DNA of 64,000 bases. Source: Hydrogenophilales bacterium. Lineage in GTDB: Bacteria; Pseudomonadota; Gammaproteobacteria; Burkholderiales; Eutrophovitaceae. The notes beneath the pieces are model-generated. The model was not told the DNA's origin, did not search any database, and worked only from the letters and a program-made list of their open reading frames with translations. Location: the NCBI GenBank assembly GCA_902627495.1, contig CACOJS010000001.1, positions 6,229 to 70,228 on the forward strand, in the 5' to 3' direction. Every line of letters starts with the position of its first letter. Position 1 is the stretch's first letter. Shown piece by piece: positions 10,653 to 19,846 of this stretch. A program made the position numbers and the translations under genes.

Positions 10653-11585
10653 ATGAAATCACTCATCTGTGGTTCTGTTGCTTATGACACAATCATGGCA
10701 TTTGAAGGTCAATTTGGTAGCCATATTCTGAAAACTGAGTTGGATAATCTAAACGTGGCATTTCTTGCACCGGATATGCGAAGAGAGTTTGGTGGCTGTG
10801 CTGGCAACATCGCCTACAATCTCAATATGCTAGGTGAAAAGCCAACTATCATGGCTACGGTGGGTAAAGACTACGCACCTTATGCAGCTCACTTAAGGGA
10901 TTTAAATATTTCACAAGACCATATTTTCATACTTGAAGATAACTATTCAGCCCAAGCCTTTATTACAACAGATTCAAACGGTAATCAGATAACGGTGTTT
11001 CATCCGGGGGCTATGAACTTTGCACATTTAACAGATGTAGGTAGCGTTAAAAATGTTTCACTTGGAATCATCTCTCCCGATGGGCGAGAAGGGATGATCA
11101 AGCACGCGAGGGAATTTCATGAAAATGACGTGCCATTTATATTCGATCCTGGACAAGGTTTGCCAATGTTTAATCGAGATGAATTAGAAGATTTCATCAA
11201 GAAAGCGTCCTATTTGGCAGTAAATGAATATGAGGCAAAAATGTTGGTTGAAAAGTTAGACACTTCTCTGGAAAATGTAGCCGAGAACGTTGATGCCTTA
11301 ATTGTTACATTGGGGAGTAAGGGTTCACACATTTATTTTGACAGTCAACGACTCACAATACCTGTAGTAACTGCTAACCATCCAGTCGATCCAACAGGGT
11401 GTGGCGATGCTTATCGGGCAGGGCTGATTTTTGGAATAAACAATGGATATGACTGGCAAAAGACAGGTTTTTTAGCCTCGATTTTGGGGGCTATTAAGGT
11501 GTCGAGTAAAGGCCCTCAGAACCATAAATTTAGTTTAACTGATATTTCCGTTCTATTAGAGAAAGAATTTGGAAAGTCGTTATGA
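10653..11585 (+). CDS. PfkB-family carbohydrate/nucleoside kinase (adenosine-kinase-like)
   Basis: 310 aa. C-terminal PfkB signature DPTGCGDAYRAG and GG dipeptide region EFGGCAGN. Substrate cannot be determined from sequence alone. Confidence 0.8.
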   Translation: MKSLICGSVAYDTIMAFEGQFGSHILKTELDNLNVAFLAPDMRREFGGCAGNIAYNLNMLGEKPTIMATVGKDYAPYAAHLRDLNISQDHIFILEDNYSAQAFITTDSNGNQITVFHPGAMNFAHLTDVGSVKNVSLGIISPDGREGMIKHAREFHENDVPFIFDPGQGLPMFNRDELEDFIKKASYLAVNEYEAKMLVEKLDTSLENVAENVDALIVTLGSKGSHIYFDSQRLTIPVVTANHPVDPTGCGDAYRAGLIFGINNGYDWQKTGFLASILGAIKVSSKGPQNHKFSLTDISVLLEKEFGKSL

Positions 11586-11621
11586 CTAAAAAAGTAAAAA
11601 TAAGGTTGGTACATAGGTATC

Positions 11622-12371
11622 TTGAATAAAGGCTCTGATTTCTATTATCTTCGTTGCACGATCCGTATTCTTAGCCTATGCTTAATTTGTGTTTTCGGCG
11701 TTTTCGTGACAATGTGTTTATTTCCGTTTCTTACAGAAAAAAGAAAATGGATTTGTAGTCGAGCTTGGTCTATTTGTGTTTTGAAATCTTTAAATATTCG
11801 TAAAAGAATTAAAGGTAAAAACTACGATAATGGGAAATCAATATTAATCGTTTCCAACCACATTTCATGGGTAGATATACCTTTGATGTTATCATTAGTT
11901 CGAGTAACTTTTTTGTCTAAGTCGGAGATAAAAAAATGGCCTTTGCTTGGTTATCTAGCGAGTAAGGCAGGAACAGTATTTATTGATAGATCAAAAATAA
12001 CTGAAATAAAAAGTGTTACAAAAAAAATAACCACACTAATTAATCAAGGTAAAAATATTCTTTTGTTTCCTGAGGGGACAACTAGTAAGGGTGATGCCGT
12101 GTTACCTTTTCACGCATCCTTCCTCCAGTCAGCTATCGATGCGAAATGTCAGGTGTTACCAGTTTCTATAAGGTATTTAAAATCGGATAATAAGCCGGAC
12201 TATGCTCCTGCTTACATTGAGGGGTTAAGCTTTCTGGATACACTGTTCAATTTGGCCAAAACGCGGCAAGTTGTCGCTGAAGTTCAGTATCATGAGTTGA
12301 TTAATGTCAGCAATTTAAATCGCCGGGATTTAGCTAAATTGCTCCACCATAAAATTCAATCAGCTTTTTAG
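11622..12371 (+). CDS. Lysophospholipid (1-acyl-sn-glycerol-3-phosphate) acyltransferase family protein
   Basis: 249 aa with a TTG start. Acyltransferase motif I NHISWVD and motif III FPEGTTS. N-terminal TM helix. Confidence 0.8.
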   Translation: MNKGSDFYYLRCTIRILSLCLICVFGVFVTMCLFPFLTEKRKWICSRAWSICVLKSLNIRKRIKGKNYDNGKSILIVSNHISWVDIPLMLSLVRVTFLSKSEIKKWPLLGYLASKAGTVFIDRSKITEIKSVTKKITTLINQGKNILLFPEGTTSKGDAVLPFHASFLQSAIDAKCQVLPVSIRYLKSDNKPDYAPAYIEGLSFLDTLFNLAKTRQVVAEVQYHELINVSNLNRRDLAKLLHHKIQSAF

Positions 12372-13166
12372 TCCGCTGACTTGAAAAACTTTTCTATCCT
12401 CTAATCTTATAGCGGATAGGTTGTTGCCCCAAACACAGCCACTATCAACGCACATAATATTTTTCCTTACCATCAATCCGATTGCAGACCAGTGGCCAAA
12501 AATAATAGTGGTATTCTGAGATTGCCTCTGCGGAACTTCGAACCAAGGCATATTTCCACTTGGCACAGTGCCTATTCCTCCCTTATATGATAGATTCATT
12601 CTGCCCTCAGGTGAGCAGGTTCGAAGGCGAGTCATGGCATTTAATATAACTCTTGAGCGGGAAAATCCGGTTAAATTATCATTCCATAAGTTGGGGGTAT
12701 TTCCGTAAGACCTCATTAAAAAGGAATGCCATTTAGAACTGATTAGAGCTTCCGCTACCTCCAGAGACAATTCTTCTGCCATATTAATACTCCAGCTTGG
12801 TAGTAATCCAGCATGAACCATGGCATATTCACCTTCTGAATAAAATAGCGGTTTCTGCCTAAGCCAATCAAGAATCTCATGTAGATCGTGGGCCTGAAGG
12901 GTATCACCCAACGTCGTATCGTTTGTTCTGGGTCTAACCTCACCAGATAATTTCAGAAGATGAAGGTCATGGTTGCCTAATACAATTTCTACACATTTTC
13001 CCAGACTTTTGATGTACCTAAGTGTATTAAGGGAATCCGGACCTCTATTTACAAGGTCCCCAGTAAGCCATAGCTTATCATTGTGAGGATTGAAATTGAT
13101 AGCACGTAAAAGCTTTTTTAGGGGTGCCAGGCATCCTTGAATATCCCCGATAGCATATGTGGACAA
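12360..13166 (-). CDS. apaH: Bis(5'-nucleosyl)-tetraphosphatase, symmetrical
   Basis: 268 aa. MSTYAIGDIQGC...GDLVNRGPDS...GNHDLHLL metallophosphatase/ApaH motifs. The 3' end overlaps the acyltransferase gene by 12 nt (convergent). Confidence 0.93.
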   Translation of the reverse strand: MSTYAIGDIQGCLAPLKKLLRAINFNPHNDKLWLTGDLVNRGPDSLNTLRYIKSLGKCVEIVLGNHDLHLLKLSGEVRPRTNDTTLGDTLQAHDLHEILDWLRQKPLFYSEGEYAMVHAGLLPSWSINMAEELSLEVAEALISSKWHSFLMRSYGNTPNLWNDNLTGFSRSRVILNAMTRLRTCSPEGRMNLSYKGGIGTVPSGNMPWFEVPQRQSQNTTIIFGHWSAIGLMVRKNIMCVDSGCVWGNNLSAIRLEDRKVFQVSGLKS

Positions 13167-13223
13167 AGTATTGTACTCAAATAGAGTTAGTGTTTGGGTT
13201 ACCTCTGGGAGGTAAGTTTATCA

Positions 13224-13757
13224 TCATTGGAGGGTTAAAATCATGTAATCAACAGCAGCTTTTATTTCGTTGTCAGAAAAAGACGCACCACCCCCTTTTG
13301 CTGGCATAAGTCCGATTCCGTTAATGGCATTTTTATAGAGGGTATCGTTTCCTTTCGAGATCCGTGGTGCCCACGCTACTTTGTCATTAGTTTTAGGAGC
13401 ACCTGCTATTCCAGAAAGATGGCAGGAAATACAAACTTCATTGTAGACGACTTCTCCTGATTTTTCTTCTATGTTTCCGTCTTGTTGATCATTATCAGCA
13501 GAGAACCCTAACTCTGTTTTTTCCATTACGCCGGTACCAGATAATTTGATTCTACCAACTGGTGCAAGTCTCGCTTTAACTGACGTTTCTGTAAGGGCAT
13601 TGGGTGTGACTGTGATACCTCCTGTTATTGCTTTCACTACCAATAAGATTACTACTACTGGTATAAAAAAAGAGAGTAGAACAATAGTTAAAAGTTGTGA
13701 TGGTGTTCTAATCAAAGGTTCAGTATGACTTTTTTCTAAAGATTCCATTTCGCCCAT
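13224..13757 (-). CDS. Membrane-anchored cytochrome c5-family mono-haem c-type cytochrome
   Basis: 177 aa. N-terminal TM helix, single CISCH haem-binding motif followed by GAP, and distal Met region (GLMPAKGG). Confidence 0.8.
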   Translation of the reverse strand: MGEMESLEKSHTEPLIRTPSQLLTIVLLSFFIPVVVILLVVKAITGGITVTPNALTETSVKARLAPVGRIKLSGTGVMEKTELGFSADNDQQDGNIEEKSGEVVYNEVCISCHLSGIAGAPKTNDKVAWAPRISKGNDTLYKNAINGIGLMPAKGGGASFSDNEIKAAVDYMILTLQ

Positions 13758-13858
13758 TCAGTATGATTATTATTCAATATACAGATTATAAGTATAAAGA
13801 TGGTAATAACAAAACTAAAATAGACGAGACACACATTTAGTTATATTCTGTAGCCTAG

Positions 13859-13936
13859 GCGCCTGTAGCTCAGTTGGATTAGAGTGTCGGCCTCCGAAGC
13901 CGAAGGTCGTGGGTTCAAGTCCCGCCAGGCGCGCCA
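13859..13936 (+). tRNA. tRNA-Arg (anticodon CCG)
   Basis: Folded by hand. Acceptor GCGCCTG/CAGGCGC, D arm GCTC..GAGT, anticodon stem TCGGC/GCCGA with loop CT-CCG-AA, T arm GTGGG-TTCAAGT-CCCGC, discriminator G, encoded CCA. Confidence 0.9.
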
Positions 13937-13957
13937 AAAACTTCCAATATAATTGCC

Positions 13958-14365
13958 ATGGTTGAATATACAGCATTATTCGGTTTGTTAATTGCTGCTT
14001 TTACGTCAGCTACTATATGGCCTGGATCCTCTGAGGTGGTTTTGGTTTTGTTACTCAGTGCTGGACATGAAAAATGGCTTTTATTTTTTGTAGCAACGAT
14101 TGGCAATGTCGCTGGTGGGATCACTACTTTTTTTCTAGGTTTAGGCTTAAGGCAGGTCTCGCATAACCCTACCATCGGTCGACTGATACACAGGTTTGGA
14201 GCAATTATGTTGTTTTTTTCCTGGGTACCGATATTAGGTGATTTAATATGTTTAATGGCAGGTTGGCTAAAGCTAAATTTTCTATTTTGTGTCCTTGCTA
14301 TGACAATTGGAAAAGCTCTAAGGTATTGTTGGATAATATGGCTATATCAATCTTTAGGACTTTGA
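13958..14365 (+). CDS. YqaA/DedA-type (SNARE-associated domain) small inner-membrane protein
   Basis: 135 aa with four predicted TM helices. The N-terminal half resembles YqaA-family proteins. Confidence 0.6.
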   Translation: MVEYTALFGLLIAAFTSATIWPGSSEVVLVLLLSAGHEKWLLFFVATIGNVAGGITTFFLGLGLRQVSHNPTIGRLIHRFGAIMLFFSWVPILGDLICLMAGWLKLNFLFCVLAMTIGKALRYCWIIWLYQSLGL

Positions 14366-14373
14366 TAAGAAAG

Positions 14374-15162
14374 TTATAGCTTGCTGATTTCCCAACTGAT
14401 AAAGTTTTTGATTAGTTTTCGAGTAAGATCAGGTTGATCAAATTGAGGGGAGTGACCACATTTTGGTAAGATACTCGAGTGTACATAAGTTTTGATACTA
14501 TTTTTAATGATATCTAATTGTCTTGTGGTGCCATACACATCGTCCTCCCCCTGAATAAGTAGTAACGGAGCCTCAATCTTACTCAATAAGTCAACTAGAC
14601 TCCATTTTCTAAAGGAAGGATCTAACCATATTTTTACCCAATGAGAAAACATGGAGTGAGCATCTTTATGATAGCGGGCAAGCTTTTCCGAGATGTTTTT
14701 TGAGTAGTAATTTGCCTCAAACTGTTTAATACTGGATACGGTTATCTCCTCCACGATAACATGTGGGGCAATGGCTACCACCCCAACTAGTCGCTGTTGT
14801 TTCTGGCTAGCTGCTATTAGGGCAATAGAAGCACCATCACTATGGCCTATTAAAAGGGGGACCTTTATACCGAGTATAGTCAATAAGGTCGGTAAAATGT
14901 TTTTAGCTTGATGGTGCATAAAGCTTTTATCTAAAGGGGTGTTATCAGAATCTGACCAGCCATATCCAGGTCTCGAAAATACTAATCCCCTGAGTTTGTT
15001 ATCTTTACAAATATCGTCTGGAAATTGTTTCCACATTTTCATTGATCCCAATCCTTCATGGAGGAAAACCAATGTGGGAGCTTTGGTGCTAGCAGATTGA
15101 TCTTCATGCTCAATTAGGCGGTATTCAATTTGTAGACCGTGAATTTTGATAAAACTAGACAT
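14374..15162 (-). CDS. Alpha/beta-fold hydrolase, last gene of the benzoate uptake/activation operon
   Basis: 262 aa. HEGLGS oxyanion region, nucleophile elbow GHSDG, C-terminal GHSP His. Its ATG follows directly after the upstream ABC ATPase stop (TAAATG at 15160-15165). Confidence 0.8.
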   Translation of the reverse strand: MSSFIKIHGLQIEYRLIEHEDQSASTKAPTLVFLHEGLGSMKMWKQFPDDICKDNKLRGLVFSRPGYGWSDSDNTPLDKSFMHHQAKNILPTLLTILGIKVPLLIGHSDGASIALIAASQKQQRLVGVVAIAPHVIVEEITVSSIKQFEANYYSKNISEKLARYHKDAHSMFSHWVKIWLDPSFRKWSLVDLLSKIEAPLLLIQGEDDVYGTTRQLDIIKNSIKTYVHSSILPKCGHSPQFDQPDLTRKLIKNFISWEISKL

Positions 15163-15864
15163 TTAAATTCCCAGGAATTTTTTTTGTAGTTTTAAATCAC
15201 TCTTTAGGTTTGCAGAAGCTCCGTCAAACACTATTTGACCGTTCATCATTATAGCAAAACGATTGGTCACTTTAGATAAGGAAGCGAGGTCTTTATCAAC
15301 TATTATTGCTCCGACACCTTTGGACGAAATTTCCTCTAAAAGTGTCCAAACTTCCTCTGCTACTATTGGCGCCAACCCTTCGGTAGCTTCATCTATTAAA
15401 ACATATTCTGGATTTGTCATTAGAGCTCGGCAAATCGCGAGTATTTGCTGCTCACCCCCAGAAAGCTGACTACCTCCATTGTTCAGCCGAGGTTCGAGTT
15501 GAGGAAACATTTTTAGCACCTCATCTAACCCCCATATTTGGTCACCGTTTGTTCTAGGGCGAGCTGCCATTAGAAGATTTTCTCTCACAGTAAGATTCGG
15601 AAAAATCCCCCTTTTTTCAGGTACATACGCAATTCCAAGTTGAGATATTTTATGAGGTGGTAATTCAGTGTAATCGGTACTAAAGATTTTTTTGATTCCC
15701 TTTGAGGGAGTTTTTAATCCGGCAATAACTCTTAATAGAGTTGTTTTTCCCATCCCGTTCCGTCCTACTAGCCCTATGATTTCCCCTTCCCTTAAATGTA
15801 ATTCAACTCCTTTAAGAATATGACTTTTCCCATAGTGAGCGTGAATACCTTTAACCATTATCAT
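15163..15864 (-). CDS. ABC transporter ATP-binding protein (LivF-like)
   Basis: 233 aa. Walker A GRNGMGKTT, signature LSGGEQQ, Walker B LIDE. Confidence 0.9.
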   Translation of the reverse strand: MIMVKGIHAHYGKSHILKGVELHLREGEIIGLVGRNGMGKTTLLRVIAGLKTPSKGIKKIFSTDYTELPPHKISQLGIAYVPEKRGIFPNLTVRENLLMAARPRTNGDQIWGLDEVLKMFPQLEPRLNNGGSQLSGGEQQILAICRALMTNPEYVLIDEATEGLAPIVAEEVWTLLEEISSKGVGAIIVDKDLASLSKVTNRFAIMMNGQIVFDGASANLKSDLKLQKKFLGI

Positions 15865-15866
15865 TT

Positions 15867-16631
15867 TTATTTTCCGTGATTTCCAAGGTAGACTCTTTGG
15901 ACATATGGGTCTGATCGAACGTCATTAGGATTGCCAAATTTAATGATTCTACCACTCGCCATGACAGAAACCTTTTGTGCAATTGATAAAATAGCATTGA
16001 CATCATGTTCTACCACCAATATTGAATTGCTTTCTTTCAGCTGATTGATCAGATCAAGAATTGTATTTGATTCTGCACCACTCATTCCTGCCAACGGTTC
16101 ATCAAGGAGTAATAGTTTGGGTTTTGAGCTTAGTACCATAGCTATTTCTGTTTTTTTCTGGTCACCGTGAGACAGCAAATCGGCTCTAGTAAACATTTTA
16201 TCTACAAGCTGTACTTTCTTTATACTCTCTCGAGCAATTTGGCCAGGTAGGGCGTATGTTTCTGCTCCCCGAAAAATATTTACCCTGTTGGATAGTAGAC
16301 TTTGTGCGGCCAAAACACAGTTTTCAAAAACAGTGAGTGAAGGGAAAATATTAGTCGTCTGATAAACGTGGCCTATGCCAAGTCTGGCTATCTTATCTTT
16401 TGATAGGCCTTGAACATCTCTACCATATATTTTGGTGGAACCCGTTGTGGGTATAAGTTCCCCGGTGATCGTGTTAATCAAGGTACTTTTCCCGGCACCA
16501 TTAGGGCCAATTAGTGCGTGAATCTCATTGCTCTTACAAGTTATGTTTACGTTGTCTAAGGCTTTTAGTCCATCAAAACTAAAGCTTAAATTTTTTATAT
16601 CTAAGACAATATTGTTTGTCGAGGATGTCAT
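15867..16631 (-). CDS. ABC transporter ATP-binding protein (LivG-like)
   Basis: 254 aa. Walker A GPNGAGKST, Walker B LLLDEP. ATGA start/stop overlap with the upstream permease gene. Confidence 0.9.
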   Translation of the reverse strand: MTSSTNNIVLDIKNLSFSFDGLKALDNVNITCKSNEIHALIGPNGAGKSTLINTITGELIPTTGSTKIYGRDVQGLSKDKIARLGIGHVYQTTNIFPSLTVFENCVLAAQSLLSNRVNIFRGAETYALPGQIARESIKKVQLVDKMFTRADLLSHGDQKKTEIAMVLSSKPKLLLLDEPLAGMSGAESNTILDLINQLKESNSILVVEHDVNAILSIAQKVSVMASGRIIKFGNPNDVRSDPYVQRVYLGNHGK

Positions 16632-17569
16632 TTGTATGGTAGACGCAGAGCACTAACAATTCCATTAGGCAGAAAGATAGCTACTAATATTACAATAGAA
16701 CCGACAAAGATTTGCCAGTGATTAGTCAAAGACTGAAGAATAAGCTCTAAAGTCAACATTACCAGAGCACCAACAGTTGGCCCAAAAAGAGTTCCCATAC
16801 CACCAAGAAGGACCATTACTAAAGCACCTCCGGACATATGCCACCCTAGCATATCGGGGTTGACTAATCCAAACTGTAGTGCAGCCAGAAAACCAGCCAA
16901 TGCTGCAATAAATGATGAAATTACAAAGCAGGTTAGCTTATAGTATTTGGCTTGGAACCCTAGAGATTCAACTCTAGATTCATTAATTTTTATTCCTGAT
17001 ATTACTTGTCCAAAAAGTGATTTTGTAATTCTATCAATACTAAAGATAACCAAAATAAAAGTGATAAGAGAGAGAAAATAAAATTCTGTAGGATTTGAAA
17101 GATTCAGGGCGTTATATCCAAAAAATGTTACTTGAGGAATATTGTATATGTAGACACCATCTGAACCACCCGCTATATCTGTGTCATGAAAAATAAAAAA
17201 TAGTAGTTGAGCAAAAGCAAGGGTTACCATTATGAAATAGATGCCTCGAGTTCTAACTACGAGTGCACCAATAAAAAACCCAAGTATTGAAGTTACCGTT
17301 AAAGAAACAAATAGATTAATCCAAAATCCGGTAATAGCGTATTGGGTTGTCGCTATGGCAAGAGCATATCCTGCTAAACCATAAAACGCAGCATGACCAA
17401 GGCTTACTAATCCAGTGTATCCGACTAATAGATTTAGACTCGAAGCAAGTATTGCCATTATCAGGACTTTACTGACAAATTGAATATAAAATTGGTCAGC
17501 AAAAAAGGGGAAAATAATTAAACCCAATAAACAACCTACTCGAGATAAAAAAATCGGGCTCATTATCAT
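16628..17569 (-). CDS. ABC transporter permease (LivM-like)
   Basis: ORF 16628..17599. ATG at 17569 forms an ATGA overlap with the LivH-like stop, giving MIMSPIFL.... Polytopic branched-chain-type permease. Confidence 0.88.
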   Translation of the reverse strand: MIMSPIFLSRVGCLLGLIIFPFFADQFYIQFVSKVLIMAILASSLNLLVGYTGLVSLGHAAFYGLAGYALAIATTQYAITGFWINLFVSLTVTSILGFFIGALVVRTRGIYFIMVTLAFAQLLFFIFHDTDIAGGSDGVYIYNIPQVTFFGYNALNLSNPTEFYFLSLITFILVIFSIDRITKSLFGQVISGIKINESRVESLGFQAKYYKLTCFVISSFIAALAGFLAALQFGLVNPDMLGWHMSGGALVMVLLGGMGTLFGPTVGALVMLTLELILQSLTNHWQIFVGSIVILVAIFLPNGIVSALRLPYK

Positions 17570-18486
17570 TTCCCTCCAAAAATGCCTTGTGGACGCCATA
17601 TGAGAACGATGGCCATTAACAAATATAAAGATACGCCTGATAATTCTGGTAGCAGTGAGAGGGTGCCAACTCTAACCTCTACCACTTTACCGAAAGTATC
17701 TACCAGTCCAATTAACATCGCCGCCAGCATTGCTCCTTTTAGTGAACCTATGCCTCCAATTACAACAACTATGAAAGACACAATTAGAATTTGATCCCCC
17801 ATTCCGGGAAAGACGGAGGATACTGGAGCCGCTATCATGCCAGCAAATGCTGCTAGTGCAATACCAAACGAAAATACTAATCTGTACAAAATAGTTATAT
17901 TAATGCCCAGTGCCTGGGTCATTTCCCGATCGAAAGAACCTGCCCTTATTGTCATACCAAGCTTAGTTTTTCCGATTAATATGTAAAGCCCCAAAGCAAT
18001 CAGCAGACATATGGCTGACAATGCAATCCTATATATTGGGTAGGACAAGGTTTCTGTTATTTGAATGGTGCCATTAAAAATAGAGGGGATTTCTACCCCG
18101 TGGACGTCGTCACCCCAAATAAGGCTTCTTAGAGAGTCAATTACCAGGATGAGTCCATAGGTCATCAAAACCTGTCTTAAGTGATCGACTCTATATAAGT
18201 ATGAAAATAGATATTTTTCTAGAAACAATCCTAAAATAACAGAGATCGCAAATGCACAAATAACAGCTATCCAGAAGTTACCTGAAAGGTCCGTAAGTGA
18301 CCAAGCTAAGTATGCTCCAATCATGTAAAAACTACCGTGAGACAGATTGATAACGCCCATTATTCCAAAAATCAAGGTCAGCCCACTAGCAACTAAAAAC
18401 AAGAGAAAACCGTATTGCACTGCATTAAGAAGTTGAATAGCAAAGGTTACAAAATCCATATCGTGGGAAACTGTCATCATAGGCAT
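17566..18486 (-). CDS. ABC transporter permease (LivH-like)
   Basis: 306 aa polytopic. LIFGIMGVINLSHG motif typical of LivH-type permeases. Confidence 0.88.
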   Translation of the reverse strand: MPMMTVSHDMDFVTFAIQLLNAVQYGFLLFLVASGLTLIFGIMGVINLSHGSFYMIGAYLAWSLTDLSGNFWIAVICAFAISVILGLFLEKYLFSYLYRVDHLRQVLMTYGLILVIDSLRSLIWGDDVHGVEIPSIFNGTIQITETLSYPIYRIALSAICLLIALGLYILIGKTKLGMTIRAGSFDREMTQALGINITILYRLVFSFGIALAAFAGMIAAPVSSVFPGMGDQILIVSFIVVVIGGIGSLKGAMLAAMLIGLVDTFGKVVEVRVGTLSLLPELSGVSLYLLMAIVLIWRPQGIFGGK

Positions 18487-18604
18487 TAAGTTTGCGATCT
18501 ATGATGTGCCAGTGAAATATTTTTCATGCAATTTAGTTTTCTGAGATGGGGATAAATTTTAAAATTAATATTTACGAAAAGTGTTGAAATCTTTAAAATC
18601 TTTA

Positions 18605-19813
18605 TTATATTAATCCGCATCCCGTGGCGGGATCTTCCAGTGCATCCCAAGCAGTTTTTAACACTTTGTTATCATTATTTATAACCTGGCGAAGATAGAT
18701 ATTTTGTATAGGATTATGTGCCTTTGACATTGTCCATTGGCCTCGAGGACTATCAACACTCATGCCTTCGATGGCTCTTATCATCCCTGAGCGATCTTTG
18801 AAATCACCGTCAACTTTATTTAGAGATTGTGACAAGACCAAACCAGTATCATATCCTTGGACGGCATAAACATCTGCCAGTTTTCCATACTTTTCATAAT
18901 ACTTTGTTCTAAAACTCTTATTAGTTTCATTTTGTAGTGAGTCAGCATAGTGAAGGGTAGTCATTAATCCTTCCGCTGCCGCTCCTTGAGCAGGAAGAAC
19001 ACCCTCTGTTAAAAAGCCCGATCCGAAAAGTGGTATTTTATCCTTTAGTCCAGACGCAGCATAATCTTTTACAAATTTTACAGCTCCACCACCGGCGAAG
19101 AAGCATACAACTGCATCTGGCTTGACCGCAGATATTTTGGTCAACAATGCTTGAAACTCTACATTAGGAAATGGAACATACAGAGTATTTATAAGCTCTC
19201 CTCCAAATTTGATATATCCTTCCTCAAAGCCCGCACGTGCTTCGCTTCCAGCGGCATATTTCCATGTAATAAAAATTGCTTTTTTGTGTCCTTTTTCCAT
19301 AAGGATTTTTCCTAGAGGATAGGTGGGTTGCCAATTAGTGAAAGAGGTTCTAAAAATATTTTTTGCACATTGTGAACCTGTTGCAGCCCCTGCCCCAGCG
19401 TTGGGTATTAGCATCAGAGCATCAGAGTTGCGGGCTATTTTAAGCATACCCATTACAACGCCCGAATGGACGGTTCCAATGAGAATGTCAACTTTGTCTT
19501 TGACTATTAATTTATTGGCATTATCAACCGCTTTTGCTGGGTTGGACTCATCATCCACTTGATAAAAGTCAATACTTTCCGGGTCAAGCTCTCCATTTTT
19601 GGCTAAAGCCATTTTAAAGCCATTTTCTATCGCTTTTCCCAACTTTGCATAGGTCCCGGTGTAGGGAAGCATTAACCCTATCTTGATATTCTTCGAGGAT
19701 TTTCGGGAACAGCTAGTAAGAGCAGTACCTATGGAAGATACACCTGCTAACGCTAGAAAATTTTTTATGAAGGTCCGACGACTGAAATTCAACTTCTTTA
19801 AATTTATGTTCAT
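18605..19813 (-). CDS. Periplasmic substrate-binding protein (type I PBP, Liv/aromatic-acid family), probable benzoate-type ligand
   Basis: 402 aa. Signal peptide with SRRTFIK (Tat-like) and LTSC (lipobox-like). Lies between the benzoate-CoA ligase and the permease genes. Confidence 0.8.
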   Translation of the reverse strand: MNINLKKLNFSRRTFIKNFLALAGVSSIGTALTSCSRKSSKNIKIGLMLPYTGTYAKLGKAIENGFKMALAKNGELDPESIDFYQVDDESNPAKAVDNANKLIVKDKVDILIGTVHSGVVMGMLKIARNSDALMLIPNAGAGAATGSQCAKNIFRTSFTNWQPTYPLGKILMEKGHKKAIFITWKYAAGSEARAGFEEGYIKFGGELINTLYVPFPNVEFQALLTKISAVKPDAVVCFFAGGGAVKFVKDYAASGLKDKIPLFGSGFLTEGVLPAQGAAAEGLMTTLHYADSLQNETNKSFRTKYYEKYGKLADVYAVQGYDTGLVLSQSLNKVDGDFKDRSGMIRAIEGMSVDSPRGQWTMSKAHNPIQNIYLRQVINNDNKVLKTAWDALEDPATGCGLI

Positions 19814-19846
19814 TCTTTATCCTCTTTAAATAGCCACAGGCCTAAT

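Noticed and set aside
13915-14175. 86-aa minus-strand ORF overlapping the tRNA-Arg 3' end and the yqaA-like gene.
   Set aside because: It overlaps a well-folded tRNA and a membrane-protein gene on the other strand, and has no motif support.
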